In this document: positions 35,847-45,460 of the stretch, piece after piece
Numbering within the stretch: position 1 is the first letter of the stretch
How the letters are laid out: each line of letters begins with the position of its first letter
Assembly: GCA_963713985.1 (NCBI GenBank)
Contig: OY970219.1
Coordinates: 2,313,700-2,377,699, forward strand
DNA length: 64,000 nucleotides
Source of the DNA: an uncultured Solirubrobacterales bacterium
GTDB taxonomy: Bacteria; Actinomycetota; Thermoleophilia; Solirubrobacterales; Solirubrobacteraceae
Reading direction: 5' to 3'
Position numbers and translations under genes: made by a program
The notes under the pieces: model-generated
The model's database searches: none
Seen by the model: the letters and a program-made list of their open reading frames with translations, nothing else
What the model was told of the DNA's origin: nothing

Positions 35847-37247
35847 ATGGACCCCGCCGATCTCGCCTACGCCGGAATCGCCAGGCAGGCTGAGCTGATC
35901 GCCTCCGGGGATCTCTCGGCGCGGGATCTGCTCGAGGTCTACCTGGAGCGCATCCAGCGCCTGGACTCGAAGCTGAACGCCTTCCGCGTGGTCTATCGCG
36001 AGCGCGCTCGCATGGAAGCCGATCAGGCTGACGCGCGCCAGCGGGCCGGGGATCGACGGCCGCTGCTCGGGGTGCCGATCGCGATCAAGGACGACACCGA
36101 CGTGGCCGGCGACGTCACCTGCTACGGAACGCGTGCGGCTGAGCGGGTCGCGAGCGCCGATCAGGAGGTGGTGCGCCGCATGCGCGAGGCCGGCGCGGTC
36201 ATCCTCGGCAAGACCAACGTGCCCGAGCTCACGCTGTGGCCGTTCACCGAGACCCCCACCTTCGGCATCACGCGCAACCCCTGGAACCTCGAGCACACGC
36301 CGGGGGGCTCCTCGGGTGGGTCGGGCGCCGCGGTCGCCGCGGGCCTGGTCGGCGCCGCGCTGGGCTCCGACGGCCTCGGCTCGATTCGCATCCCCTCGAG
36401 CTTCTGCGGCCTGTTCGGGATCAAGCCCCAGCGCCACCGCATCTCGCTCGCTCCCCACACCGAGCAGCTCTACGGTTGGCACGGCCTCGCCGTGTACGGG
36501 CCGATCGCCCGCAGCGTCCGCGACGCCGCCCTGTTCCTCGACCTCACCGCGCAGACACCCCCTGCGCAGGGCAGCTTCAGCGAGGCCGCCGCGCGCGCGC
36601 CCGGTCGCCTGCGGATCGCGTTCTCCACCAAGCCGATCCTGCCGCAGCCGATCGACGCGCGGGTGCTGCGCGCGCACCAGCAGGCGGTCGAGCTGCTGCG
36701 CTCGCTCGGCCACGAGCTCGTCGAGTGCAACCCCGACTATCCCCCGTGGCTGGGTCCCCATCTCGTGGCGCGCTATCTGCGCGGCGCCTATGAGTCGGCG
36801 AGCGACATCGGCCACGTCGAGCGCATGGAGTTGCGCAGCCGCCATATCGTCCGCGGCGGGGAGCTCGTGGGGGAGAGAGGTATCGCGCGCGCGATCGCCT
36901 CCGAAGCGACTCTGAACGCGCGCGTGGGGAGGGTGTTCGCCGACCACGACGCGCTGCTGCTGCCCTGCACCGCCCGACCAGCGCTGCGCATCGGCGAGTA
37001 CGAGGGGCGCGGGATGCTGCGGACGATGAACGGCGGCACGCGCCTGATTCCCTTCCTCGGCACCTGGAACGCGACCGGTCAGCCCGCGGCGTCGATCCCC
37101 GTGGGCCTCACTGAGGACAGCGACGGGCTGCCGCTCGCCGTGCAGCTCGTCGGCCGGCCCGACGACGAGGCGACGCTGCTCTCGCTCGCGGGGCAGATCG
37201 AGGCCGAGCGCCCCTGGGCGCAGCACCGCCCGCCCGAGTTCGCGTGA
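35847..37247 (+). CDS. Amidase (amidase signature family)
   Basis: LLGVPIAIKDD, GKTNVPE, TPGGSSGGSGAAVAAG, GSDGLGSIRIPSS; ATG 35847. Confidence 0.93.
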   Translation: MDPADLAYAGIARQAELIASGDLSARDLLEVYLERIQRLDSKLNAFRVVYRERARMEADQADARQRAGDRRPLLGVPIAIKDDTDVAGDVTCYGTRAAERVASADQEVVRRMREAGAVILGKTNVPELTLWPFTETPTFGITRNPWNLEHTPGGSSGGSGAAVAAGLVGAALGSDGLGSIRIPSSFCGLFGIKPQRHRISLAPHTEQLYGWHGLAVYGPIARSVRDAALFLDLTAQTPPAQGSFSEAAARAPGRLRIAFSTKPILPQPIDARVLRAHQQAVELLRSLGHELVECNPDYPPWLGPHLVARYLRGAYESASDIGHVERMELRSRHIVRGGELVGERGIARAIASEATLNARVGRVFADHDALLLPCTARPALRIGEYEGRGMLRTMNGGTRLIPFLGTWNATGQPAASIPVGLTEDSDGLPLAVQLVGRPDDEATLLSLAGQIEAERPWAQHRPPEFA

Positions 37248-38167
37248 GCGAGCCCTCCGGGAGCGACCCTGGCCGAGGCGCCATGGGCGCGAGCGCGCGC
37301 TCCGGAGGGGATCCCCTGGTGGGCGACTCCGGTGAGGAGCTGTTGGGCCTGGCGGCCGACCTGGCCCTCGCGGCGGGGCTGCTGCTGCGTGAGCGCTTCC
37401 TGCACGGCGAGGAGCGGGAGGTCGAGAGCAAGAGCACCCCCACGGACCTGGTGAGCGAGGCCGACCGCGCCTCCCAGCGGCACATCCGCGAGGAGATCGC
37501 GCTGCGCCGCCCGCGGGACGGGTTTCTGGGGGAGGAGGACGACGATGAGGAGGAGACCGGCACGAGCGGGCTCTGCTGGGTGGTGGACCCGCTCGACGGG
37601 ACGGTCAACTTCCTCTTCGGGATACCCCAGTGGTGCGTCAGCGTCGCCGCTCGGGACGAGCGGGGCACGCTGGTGGGCGCGATCTACGACCCGATTCGAG
37701 AGGAGCTCTTCGAAGCTGCGCGTGGGGGGGAGGCGCGGATGAGGTCCCCGGCGAGTCACCCCATGAGCCAGTCTCGGCCGGAGAGCGGAGAGCGGGAGTA
37801 CGAGCAGCTGACCCTGAGGGGCTCGGCGCGCGCGCAGGAGCTCCCGAGCGCGATGGTCGCGACCGGCTTCGCCTACGACGCCCGCGTGCGGGCCGCCCAG
37901 GCGAAGGTGTTCGCCCGCGCGATCCCCCTGGTGCGCGACATCCGCCGCTTCGGCAGCGCCGCGCTCGACCTCGCGTGGACCGCGGCGGGCCGTTACGACG
38001 CCTACTACGAGCGCACCGTCAAGCCGTGGGACATCGCCGCTGGAGCGCTGCTCTGCGAAGCGGCCGGACTGCGGGTCGTGGAGCTGCCCGTGCACGAGGA
38101 TCTCCCCTGGGGCATCCTCGTCGCAGCGCCCGAGCTGTGTGGGCCGCTGCTGGAGCTGGTGGGGTAG
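37244..38167 (+). CDS. Inositol monophosphatase family protein
   Basis: DLVSEAD, FLGEE, WVVDPLDGTVNF, RRFGSAALDLAWTAAGRYDAYYE, PWDIAAG. Confidence 0.92.
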   Translation: MSEPSGSDPGRGAMGASARSGGDPLVGDSGEELLGLAADLALAAGLLLRERFLHGEEREVESKSTPTDLVSEADRASQRHIREEIALRRPRDGFLGEEDDDEEETGTSGLCWVVDPLDGTVNFLFGIPQWCVSVAARDERGTLVGAIYDPIREELFEAARGGEARMRSPASHPMSQSRPESGEREYEQLTLRGSARAQELPSAMVATGFAYDARVRAAQAKVFARAIPLVRDIRRFGSAALDLAWTAAGRYDAYYERTVKPWDIAAGALLCEAAGLRVVELPVHEDLPWGILVAAPELCGPLLELVG

Positions 38168-38170
38168 GGC

Positions 38171-38277
38171 GCGACTTCGGCGGGGGTAGGGCCGCGACTT
38201 CGGCTGGGGGTAGGCGCACCGGCTTGGGGTCGGACGGCGACTTCGGCTGGGGGTAGGCGCACCTGCTGGGGGTCGGA
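38171..38277. repeat. G-rich intergenic tandem repeats
   Basis: GCGACTTCGGC(T)GGGGGTAGG at 38171, 38194 and 38237; a 41-nt unit repeated with 43-bp period (38194-38234, 38237-38277). Confidence 0.85.
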
Positions 38278-38347
38278 GGGCACTCTGGCCGGTGGTACGG
38301 CACAACTCCGGCTGGTGGGGTGAGACCACATTCGCCTCTGCCAAGAT

Positions 38348-39754
38348 GTGGGGGTGGCTGTCGCGGCGCCCACCGCACCGATCCTCCGTCCCAGCTTGCC
38401 GCCCGGCCCGCGTCTGCCGCGGCTGGCGCAGTCGGCCCTGTGGGCGCTCAACCCCGGCGCCCTCTCCCGCTACTGCCAGCGCCGCTTCGGGGAGGTTTTC
38501 ACGCTGCGACCGCTCGGCATCGGCGACGTGGTGGTGCTCACTCGCCCGGAGGCGATCCGGGAGGTGTTCACCGGTGACCGCGAGGTGTTCCGCGCGGGGG
38601 AGGCGAACGCGGTGATGGGACCGATGGTGGGCAGGCACTCGCTGCTGCTGCTCGACGGGGAGCGCCACCTGCGCCACCGGCGGATGCTGAGCGCTCCATT
38701 TCACGGCGAGGCCGTGCGCGCCTACGGCGAGCGGATCGAGGAGATCGCCGCACGGGAGGTCGAGCGCTGGCCGGCGGGTGAGGAGTTCGCGATCCGCCCG
38801 CGGATGCAGGCGATCACGCTGGAGGTGATCCTGCGGACGGTGATCGGGGTCAGCGACGAGCGGCGCCTGCAGCGCCTGCGGGTGCTGTTGCGCAGGCTGA
38901 CGCGCGTGGGCCTCGGGGAGATGTGGCTGGTGTGGGCCTACCCCCAGCTGCTGGACAGCCGCGCGGTGCGCCGGCTCTCGACGCTGCGGGTCCTGCCCGA
39001 GGTCGATCGGCTGCTCTACGAGGAGATTGCCGCCCACCGCACTGGGGTGGCGGAGGGTTCGATGCATCGCGAGGACGTGCTCAAGCTGCTGCTGGCCGCG
39101 CGCGATGAGCAGGGTGAGGGGCTCAGCGACGAGGAGCTGCGCGACCACCTGCTCACGCTGCTGGTGGCAGGCCACGAGACGACCACCACGGCGCTTGCCT
39201 GGTGCTTCGAGCGGCTGTTGCGCCACCCCGCGGCGCTGGTGCGTCTGGAGCGGGAGATCGCCGACGGGGAGGAGGAGGTCTACCTGGAGGCGGTGCTCAA
39301 CGAGACCCTGCGGGTGAGGCCGGTGATCGACGCGGTGTGGCGCAAGCTCTCGGCACCGACCGAGGTCGCGGGCCGGCTGCTGCCGGCAGGAGCGACGGTG
39401 ATGCCCTCGATCATGCTCGTGCAGGACTCCGAGGTGTTCCCGGATGCCCAGGCGTTTCGCCCGGAGCGCTTCCTGGAGGGGAGCGCGCCGCCGTACACCT
39501 TCATCCCCTTCGGCGGCGGCCCCCGGCGCTGCATCGGGGCGAGCTTCGCGATGATGGAGATGCGGGCGATTGTGCGCACCGTGCTCGAACGGGTGCAACT
39601 GCGCGCCCCCAACGCGAGGGACGAGCGGGTGAAGGTGCACCACATCACGCTGGTCCCCGCGCGCGGCGCGCGGGTGACCGTCACGGGCAGGCGCCCGGTG
39701 CCCAGCCGCGAGGGCGCCGGCATGCGCCGTCCCGCGCTCGCCCATGGGAGTTGA
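38348..39754 (+). CDS. Cytochrome P450
   Basis: LLVAGHETTT, ETLRVRP, FRPERF and heme motif PFGGGPRRCIGASF. Confidence 0.95.
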   Translation: MGVAVAAPTAPILRPSLPPGPRLPRLAQSALWALNPGALSRYCQRRFGEVFTLRPLGIGDVVVLTRPEAIREVFTGDREVFRAGEANAVMGPMVGRHSLLLLDGERHLRHRRMLSAPFHGEAVRAYGERIEEIAAREVERWPAGEEFAIRPRMQAITLEVILRTVIGVSDERRLQRLRVLLRRLTRVGLGEMWLVWAYPQLLDSRAVRRLSTLRVLPEVDRLLYEEIAAHRTGVAEGSMHREDVLKLLLAARDEQGEGLSDEELRDHLLTLLVAGHETTTTALAWCFERLLRHPAALVRLEREIADGEEEVYLEAVLNETLRVRPVIDAVWRKLSAPTEVAGRLLPAGATVMPSIMLVQDSEVFPDAQAFRPERFLEGSAPPYTFIPFGGGPRRCIGASFAMMEMRAIVRTVLERVQLRAPNARDERVKVHHITLVPARGARVTVTGRRPVPSREGAGMRRPALAHGS

Positions 39755-39784
39755 GGGTTCTCGCCCTCTCCTGCGCTCTCACCT

Positions 39785-39903
39785 CTTCTTCTTCTTCTTC
39801 CTCCTCCTCCTCCTCCTATTGCTTTCGCTCTCGCCCCGGCGGCGCCGGGCGGGTAGTCTGAGCCGCCACGCCCGTCCGCCATACGCCACGCCCGTCCGCC
39901 ATA
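39785..39903. repeat. (CTT)5(CCT)6 pyrimidine tract and a 20-bp tandem duplication
   Basis: Triplet run at 39785-39817; CGCCACGCCCGTCCGCCATA twice at 39864-39903. Confidence 0.9.
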
Positions 39904-39923
39904 CGACTTGGAGGATCACCGCC

Positions 39924-40778
39924 ATGGAGTTCGAGACCATCCGCTACGAGGTCGCCGATCGCGTGCTCACGATCACGCTGGACCGACCCGAGCGCCTGAA
40001 TGCGTTCACCGCCGGGATGGGGGTGGAGTTGATCGAGGCGTTCGAGCGCGCGGATCGCGACGACGAGGTGCGCGCGATCATCGTGACCGGCGAGGGCCGG
40101 GGGTTCTGCGCCGGATCGGACCTCGTGGAGGGTGGCAGCACGTTCGACCGGGGCGAGGGGCTGGCGGAGGGCGAGATCCCGCGCGACGGCGGTGGGCAGC
40201 TGGTGCTGCGGATCTTTGCCTCCACCAAGCCGGTGATCGCGGCGATCAACGGCCCGGCGGTGGGGGTGGGCATCACGATGACGTTGCCCATGGACATCCG
40301 CCTGGCCGCGGAGGGGGCGCGCATGGGCTTCGTGTTCACCCGTCGCGGGATCGTGCCGGAGGCGTGCTCGAGCTGGTTCCTGCCGCGCATCGTGGGGATC
40401 AGCCAGGCGATGGAGTGGGTGGCGAGCGGGCGGGTGTTCTCCGCGGAGGAGGCCCTGCGGGGCGGCCTCGTGCGCAGCGTGCACCCGCCGGAGGAGCTGC
40501 TCGGCGCGGCGCAGACGCTGGCACAGGAGATCGTGCAGAACACCGCCCCCGTCTCGGTGGCGCTGGCGCGCCGGCTGATGTGGGGGATGCTGGGCGCGGA
40601 GCACCCCATGGAGGCCCACCGCGCGGACTCGCGCGCGATGTTTGCCCTCGGGCGCTCGCAGGATGCGCACGAGGGGATCACCTCGTTTCTCGAGAAGCGC
40701 GAGCCGCAGTTCCCCGACCGCGTGAGCGAGGACCTGCCCGACCTGTTCCCCGGGCGCGAGGAGCCGCGGTACGCATGA
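39924..40778 (+). CDS. Enoyl-CoA hydratase/isomerase (crotonase) family protein
   Basis: LDRPERLNAF, FCAGSDL, AINGPAVGVGITMTLPMDIR, RRGIVPEACSSWFLPR. Confidence 0.92.
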   Translation: MEFETIRYEVADRVLTITLDRPERLNAFTAGMGVELIEAFERADRDDEVRAIIVTGEGRGFCAGSDLVEGGSTFDRGEGLAEGEIPRDGGGQLVLRIFASTKPVIAAINGPAVGVGITMTLPMDIRLAAEGARMGFVFTRRGIVPEACSSWFLPRIVGISQAMEWVASGRVFSAEEALRGGLVRSVHPPEELLGAAQTLAQEIVQNTAPVSVALARRLMWGMLGAEHPMEAHRADSRAMFALGRSQDAHEGITSFLEKREPQFPDRVSEDLPDLFPGREEPRYA

Positions 40779-40863
40779 GCGGGCGCACCCCCGAGGGACA
40801 CACGGAGTCCTCCCAGCCTTGCCCGCGCCCACGACGCCAACGCCAACGCCTGGAGGCACGCAG

Positions 40864-41886
40864 ATGAGCCCGCTCAACCATCAGGTGCGACTGGCCGCCC
40901 GCCCGTCCGGCCTGCCTAAGGACTCCGACTGGAGCCTGGTCGAGGAGCCGACGCCCACGCCAGGCGCGGGGGAGTTCCTCGTGGCGATCTCCCACATCTC
41001 GCTCGACCCCGCGATGCGGGGCTGGATGAACGAGGGTGCCTCCTACATCGATCCGGTCGAGGTCGGCGCGGTGATGCGCGCGGGCGCGGTGGGGCGCGTG
41101 GTCGCCTCCGAGCACCCCGGCTTCGCCGTCGGCGAGCACGTGTACGGCGCCCTCGGGGTCCAGGAGTACGCGCTCTCCGAGGGCCACGGAGTGCTCAAGG
41201 TCGATCCCTCGCTGGCGCCGCTGCCGACCTACCTCGGCGCGCTGGGGATGACCGGCATGACCGCCTACTTCGGACTGCTCGACGTGGCCAAGCTCGGCGA
41301 GGGGGACACGGTCGTCGTCTCGGGTGCCGCGGGTGCGGTGGGCAGCGTGGCGGGACAGATCGCCAAGATCCGCACCCGCTCCCCCGCCCGCGTGATCGGC
41401 ATCGCCGGCGGCGAGGAGAAGTGCCGCTGGATCGTCGAGGACCTCGGCTTCGACGCGGCGATCGACTACAAGACGCAGGATGTTCGCCGAGCGCTGCGCG
41501 AGGCGGCGCCCAGCGGCGTCGACGTGTACTTCGACAATGTCGGCGGCGAGATCCTCGACGCGGTGCTGACCCGCCTGGCGCGCGGGGCACGGATCGTGAT
41601 CTGTGGGGCGATCTCGCAGTACAACGCCACCGAGGGCGTGCGCGGTCCGGCGAACTACCTCTCGCTGCTGGTCACTCGCGCGTCGATGACCGGGATGGTC
41701 GTCTTCGACTACGCCGCGCGCTTCGGGGAGGCCGCCGCGGAGATCGGCGGATGGATGCGCGAAGGGCGGTTGATATCCCGCGAGGAGGTGCTGGAGGGTG
41801 GCGTGAGTGCCTTCCCCGAGGCCCTGCTCAAGCTGTTCGCCGGTGAAAACACGGGCAAGCTCGTGCTGCGCATCGGCTCGGACTGA
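40864..41886 (+). CDS. NADP-dependent oxidoreductase (prostaglandin reductase/YncB-CurA type)
   Basis: SLDPAMRGWM, GMTGMTAYFGL, SGAAGAVGS, YFDNVGG, CGAISQYN, GENTGKLV. Confidence 0.93.
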   Translation: MSPLNHQVRLAARPSGLPKDSDWSLVEEPTPTPGAGEFLVAISHISLDPAMRGWMNEGASYIDPVEVGAVMRAGAVGRVVASEHPGFAVGEHVYGALGVQEYALSEGHGVLKVDPSLAPLPTYLGALGMTGMTAYFGLLDVAKLGEGDTVVVSGAAGAVGSVAGQIAKIRTRSPARVIGIAGGEEKCRWIVEDLGFDAAIDYKTQDVRRALREAAPSGVDVYFDNVGGEILDAVLTRLARGARIVICGAISQYNATEGVRGPANYLSLLVTRASMTGMVVFDYAARFGEAAAEIGGWMREGRLISREEVLEGGVSAFPEALLKLFAGENTGKLVLRIGSD

Positions 41887-41904
41887 CGCGCAGGCTCCGC
41901 TCCG

Positions 41905-42642
41905 TCAGCCCACGCCGGCCCGTCGCAGCCTCATCCCTCCGAGCTCGATCGTCTCCTGCCCGCCGGGCAGCTCGTGCGGGAGCTCCAAGGCGATCTCCAC
42001 GAGCCCCTCCGTGCGCTCGCTCGGGGCCGTCTCGAAGCGAACCTCGCCGCCGTCCAGGCGCAGCAGGGGCTGTTGGGTCTCGCCATCCACCTCGAGACCC
42101 AGCACTGCTCCCCACCGTGCTGCCACCACGGGCGGATCGGCCACCGCGAGTGTCACTCCCGCGAGGCGCCCGGGCGCGCCGGTGCCGATCTGCCCGGTCC
42201 ACTGGGGCCCGCCCCAGCGCCATGTGCCGTAGGGCTTCGAGCGGTCGAGCGAGACGATCGCCGCACGCATGTCCGCCGGGTGCAGGTGGATGGTGGAGAT
42301 GTCGGGCAGGTCTATCTCCCAGGCCACCCGCACCCCCAGTTCCCGCGTGCGCTCGCGTGCGCCCTCCAGATCCTCGAGGTCGAAGATCACCATGTATCCG
42401 CCGTCGCCGTGACGCTCCAGATAGCGCCCGGCGGTGGTATCCGGCTGAATCGGCGAGACCACCTCCAGGAAGCAGTCCCCCAGCGCGAACACCACGTTCG
42501 CGAGGCCGAAGGCGCCCACCCCCGGGTCACGGAAGGGCTCCTCCAGGTTCAGCGTCGAGCGCAGCGCCGCCGCCGCGGGCTCGAGCGCCGCCGCCGCGAG
42601 CACCGCCTGGCGCAGCCTCACCCTCGGTTTGGTCGTGGCCAC
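41905..42642 (-). CDS. VOC/glyoxalase-like family protein
   Basis: RLRQAVLAA, FGLANVVFALGDCFLEVVSP, GDGGYMVI, HLHPADM. Confidence 0.75.
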   Translation of the reverse strand: MATTKPRVRLRQAVLAAAALEPAAAALRSTLNLEEPFRDPGVGAFGLANVVFALGDCFLEVVSPIQPDTTAGRYLERHGDGGYMVIFDLEDLEGARERTRELGVRVAWEIDLPDISTIHLHPADMRAAIVSLDRSKPYGTWRWGGPQWTGQIGTGAPGRLAGVTLAVADPPVVAARWGAVLGLEVDGETQQPLLRLDGGEVRFETAPSERTEGLVEIALELPHELPGGQETIELGGMRLRRAGVG

Positions 42643-42832
42643 GGGGCCAACAGTAGCGGCAAAACCGACGCCCGTGCATGCTCACGGCGGCTCTCCCGTG
42701 GGCTCCCCTGCGCATACCTCCTGCGATCGCGAGGACCGCCATTTGATCGCTACGTTGTGCGAGTCGGAAACATGGACTACACGAATCAGCGGAGTATGTA
42801 TGATCATCTGAAATATGAGGAGGGAGCGAACA

Positions 42833-44503
42833 ATGCGAGTGATCAAACGCAGCAGGATCGGCGTTGTCTTGGCAGTCATGCTGGCGCCGCTGGTGATCTG
42901 CCTGCCACAGGCGGCTGCCAACTCGCAGGTGATGAGCTTCGGCGAAAACATCTGGGGTCAGCTCGGAAACGAGGGCCTCGCGGAGGACAACCCGACTCCC
43001 ACCGTGGCGACGCTCACTGGCGCCACGGGGTCGCCCGTGCAGGTCGCCGTGGGTGAGGATCACAGCATCGTGTTGACCTCGGGCGGGCAGATCTACACCT
43101 TTGGCACCGGCGGCCTCGGAAGCGGGAATCGCTTCTCCGAATTCCGGACTCCCGTGGCGATCGAACTCCCCGGCGCCACGGGAGCGCCGGTGCAGGCCGC
43201 CGCCGGGGTCTCCTTCAGCCTGGTGGTGACCGCGAGCGGGCAGCTCTTCACATTCGGCTACGACGCCACCGGCCAGCTCGGGGACGGCAAACGGAGCTAT
43301 GAAGAAAACCCGACCCCCGAAGCGATCACGCTGCCCGGCGCCACGGGAGCGCCCGCGCAGGTCGCCGCTGGGCGCGAATTCAGCCTCGTCCTGACCTCGA
43401 CCGGACAGCTCTACTCATTTGGCGGCAACAGCCAGGGCGAAAACGGGAATGGCGAAGAGAACTACGAAGGTGTCTTGACTCCTGAATTGATCACACTCCC
43501 GGACGCCACAGGACCGGCCGTGCAGATCGCCGCGGGCGAGTATCACAGCCTCGTGGTGACCTCGACCGGTCAGCTTTACACCTTCGGCAACAACCACTCT
43601 GGGCAGCTCGGGAAAGGCACGAGCGACAACTCCGCGCACCCCACGCCCGAAGCGATCACGCTCCCCGGCGCCACGGGGCCGGTCGTCCAGGTCGCCGCGG
43701 GCTGGGAATTCAGCCTGGCGTTGACCTCGACCGGTCAGCTCTACTCCTTCGGCAACGACGAAGACGGCCAGCTCGGCAATGGTGAAGCCAGCACTGCGCC
43801 GCACCCAACCCCCGAGGCGATCACGATCCCGGGACTCACGGGATCGATCGTGCAGATCGCCGCCGGTAAGAACCACAGCTTGGTGCTGACCTCCAGTGGC
43901 CAGCTCTACGGGTTCGGCAGTGACCAGTACGGGCAGCTTGGGAACGGCAAAACCGAAGAAACGCCATACACGACCCCCACGCTTGTGCCCCTAGCAAACG
44001 TGACGAGCGTGGCCGTGGGGTCATCTGCGAATCACGTGCTGGCGCTTGTTCCAGCTCCCCCGCCGCCGCTGGACGTGACTACGACAACCCTGCCCGAAGG
44101 CAAGCAGGGCACCGCCTACTCCGCCACGGCCACCGCGACGGGGGGCAACCCGCCGCTGAAATGGAGCGCCACCGGCCTGCCCAGTGGGTTGTCGATCGAA
44201 ACCTCCAGCGGGCAGATCAGCGGCACCCCAACCGCGTCCGGCAGCTCGACGGTGACGCTGATCGCCACCGACGCCGAAGGTGTCAGGGCCGAAAGCGCTC
44301 CGATCACGCTTGTGATCGCCGCTGCGGCGTGCACCCCGCATGGGGATCACGGCTGCGGCCGCTGCTCATCTGGACGGCGCCGCTGCTGCGGGCGGGGGCA
44401 CGCCGGGAGGGGTTCCAGGTGTTGCTGTAACCGCGATCGCCGGGCGTGCTCTCGACACCCCGGTAGGGATTGGGGTTGGAGCCGCCGTACTCACAGCCGC
44501 TAG
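42833..44503 (+). CDS. Secreted RCC1-repeat protein with a putative Ig (He_PIG) domain; atypical C-terminal tail
   Basis: Signal peptide; about six repeats QVAAGx.FSLVLTSTGQLYSFG..x.GQLGNG; TTTLPEGKQG...GLPSGLSIETSSGQISGTPT; SD AGGAGGG. Confidence 0.85.
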   Translation: MRVIKRSRIGVVLAVMLAPLVICLPQAAANSQVMSFGENIWGQLGNEGLAEDNPTPTVATLTGATGSPVQVAVGEDHSIVLTSGGQIYTFGTGGLGSGNRFSEFRTPVAIELPGATGAPVQAAAGVSFSLVVTASGQLFTFGYDATGQLGDGKRSYEENPTPEAITLPGATGAPAQVAAGREFSLVLTSTGQLYSFGGNSQGENGNGEENYEGVLTPELITLPDATGPAVQIAAGEYHSLVVTSTGQLYTFGNNHSGQLGKGTSDNSAHPTPEAITLPGATGPVVQVAAGWEFSLALTSTGQLYSFGNDEDGQLGNGEASTAPHPTPEAITIPGLTGSIVQIAAGKNHSLVLTSSGQLYGFGSDQYGQLGNGKTEETPYTTPTLVPLANVTSVAVGSSANHVLALVPAPPPPLDVTTTTLPEGKQGTAYSATATATGGNPPLKWSATGLPSGLSIETSSGQISGTPTASGSSTVTLIATDAEGVRAESAPITLVIAAAACTPHGDHGCGRCSSGRRRCCGRGHAGRGSRCCCNRDRRACSRHPGRDWGWSRRTHSR

Positions 44504-45402
44504 CGCGGTGGCGGGAATGCCAGGGGGAGGGCGACATCAGGTGTGTCGGGGACGACCTCGGGGTGCAGGATGTGAGCGAGCAGCTCCAGCCCGTCAACCA
44601 GGCGCGGGCCGGGCCGGGAGAAGTACGCGGAGGCGTTGACAGCGACGACCTGTCGGGCGCCAAGGGCAGCGAGCTCGCCTGCATGAGCCAGGGCCTCGGT
44701 GTGTGCGCGTGCGGCGTCGTAGCCGCAGGGCATCGCCACCACGATCTCGGGCTTCGCCGCGGCAACCACCTCCCAGGAGACCCTGACCGAGGGCCCGCCG
44801 GAGGAGCCCAGCACGTCCTGTCCGCCGGCCAGCTCGATGAGCTCCGGTGTCCAGTGTCCGGCGATGTAGACCGGGTCGAGCCACTCCAGGGCCGCCACGC
44901 GCGGGCGCGGGCGACCGCGCACCGCGAGCTGTATGCGATCAATCCGTGCGGTCAGCTCCCCCACCAGCTCGGCGCCCCGTTCGGGGCGATCGGTGGCTTC
45001 AGCGAGCGTGTGAACATCCTCCAGAATCTCGCCCAGAGTGTGCGGGTCCAGTGAGACGACCGGGGGCCGGGATGGGATCTCCTGCGCAAGCTTCGCCACC
45101 TCGGTGTAGGAGACCGCGCACACCGGGCACAGCGCCTGCGTGACGATCAGGTCGGGGTGCAGAGCGGCGAGGGCCTCCCGGTCGAGCTCGTAGATGGCCT
45201 CGCCCCGCTGCGTGCGCTCACGCACCGCGGCGTCAATCTCCGCGGCGCTGAGACCAGCCGGCAGCACATCGCGCGTGATCCGCTGGGCCGCTCGGGCGGC
45301 CGGCGGGTGGTCGCACTCGTGCGTGACCGCGACCACCTCGGGGCCAAGCTCGAGGGCGAACAGCAGCTCGGTGGCGTGGGGGACGAGGCTGACGATGCGC
45401 AT
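44500..45402 (-). CDS. Cobalamin/iron-siderophore periplasmic-binding-like protein (BtuF-like)
   Basis: MRIVSLVPHATELLFAL, VTHECDHP, PDLIVTQALCPVCAV, ALEWLDP, GHWTPE, PCGYD, FSRPGPRL. Confidence 0.85.
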   Translation of the reverse strand: MRIVSLVPHATELLFALELGPEVVAVTHECDHPPAARAAQRITRDVLPAGLSAAEIDAAVRERTQRGEAIYELDREALAALHPDLIVTQALCPVCAVSYTEVAKLAQEIPSRPPVVSLDPHTLGEILEDVHTLAEATDRPERGAELVGELTARIDRIQLAVRGRPRPRVAALEWLDPVYIAGHWTPELIELAGGQDVLGSSGGPSVRVSWEVVAAAKPEIVVAMPCGYDAARAHTEALAHAGELAALGARQVVAVNASAYFSRPGPRLVDGLELLAHILHPEVVPDTPDVALPLAFPPPR

Positions 45403-45460
45403 GACCGTGACTGTAGGCGCAACCCAGCGGAAGGGCCAGGGCGAGCCCGAATCGGGCGTG

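Noticed and set aside
38171-38277. G-rich repeats as a CRISPR array
   Set aside because: Only three units, irregular short spacing, and spacers resemble each other.
37079-39745. 888-aa minus-strand ORF and other long antisense ORFs (6569-8638, 20029-21579, 26141-27751, 35541-37226)
   Set aside because: Typical high-GC antisense shadows of well-supported genes.
44340-44500. Possible 6S-like or other structured RNA (13-bp stem 44394-44453, ACACCTGGAACCC on the minus strand)
   Set aside because: The stem relies on G-U pairs in very GC-rich sequence and overlaps two CDS ends; cannot be supported without an Infernal/Rfam search.
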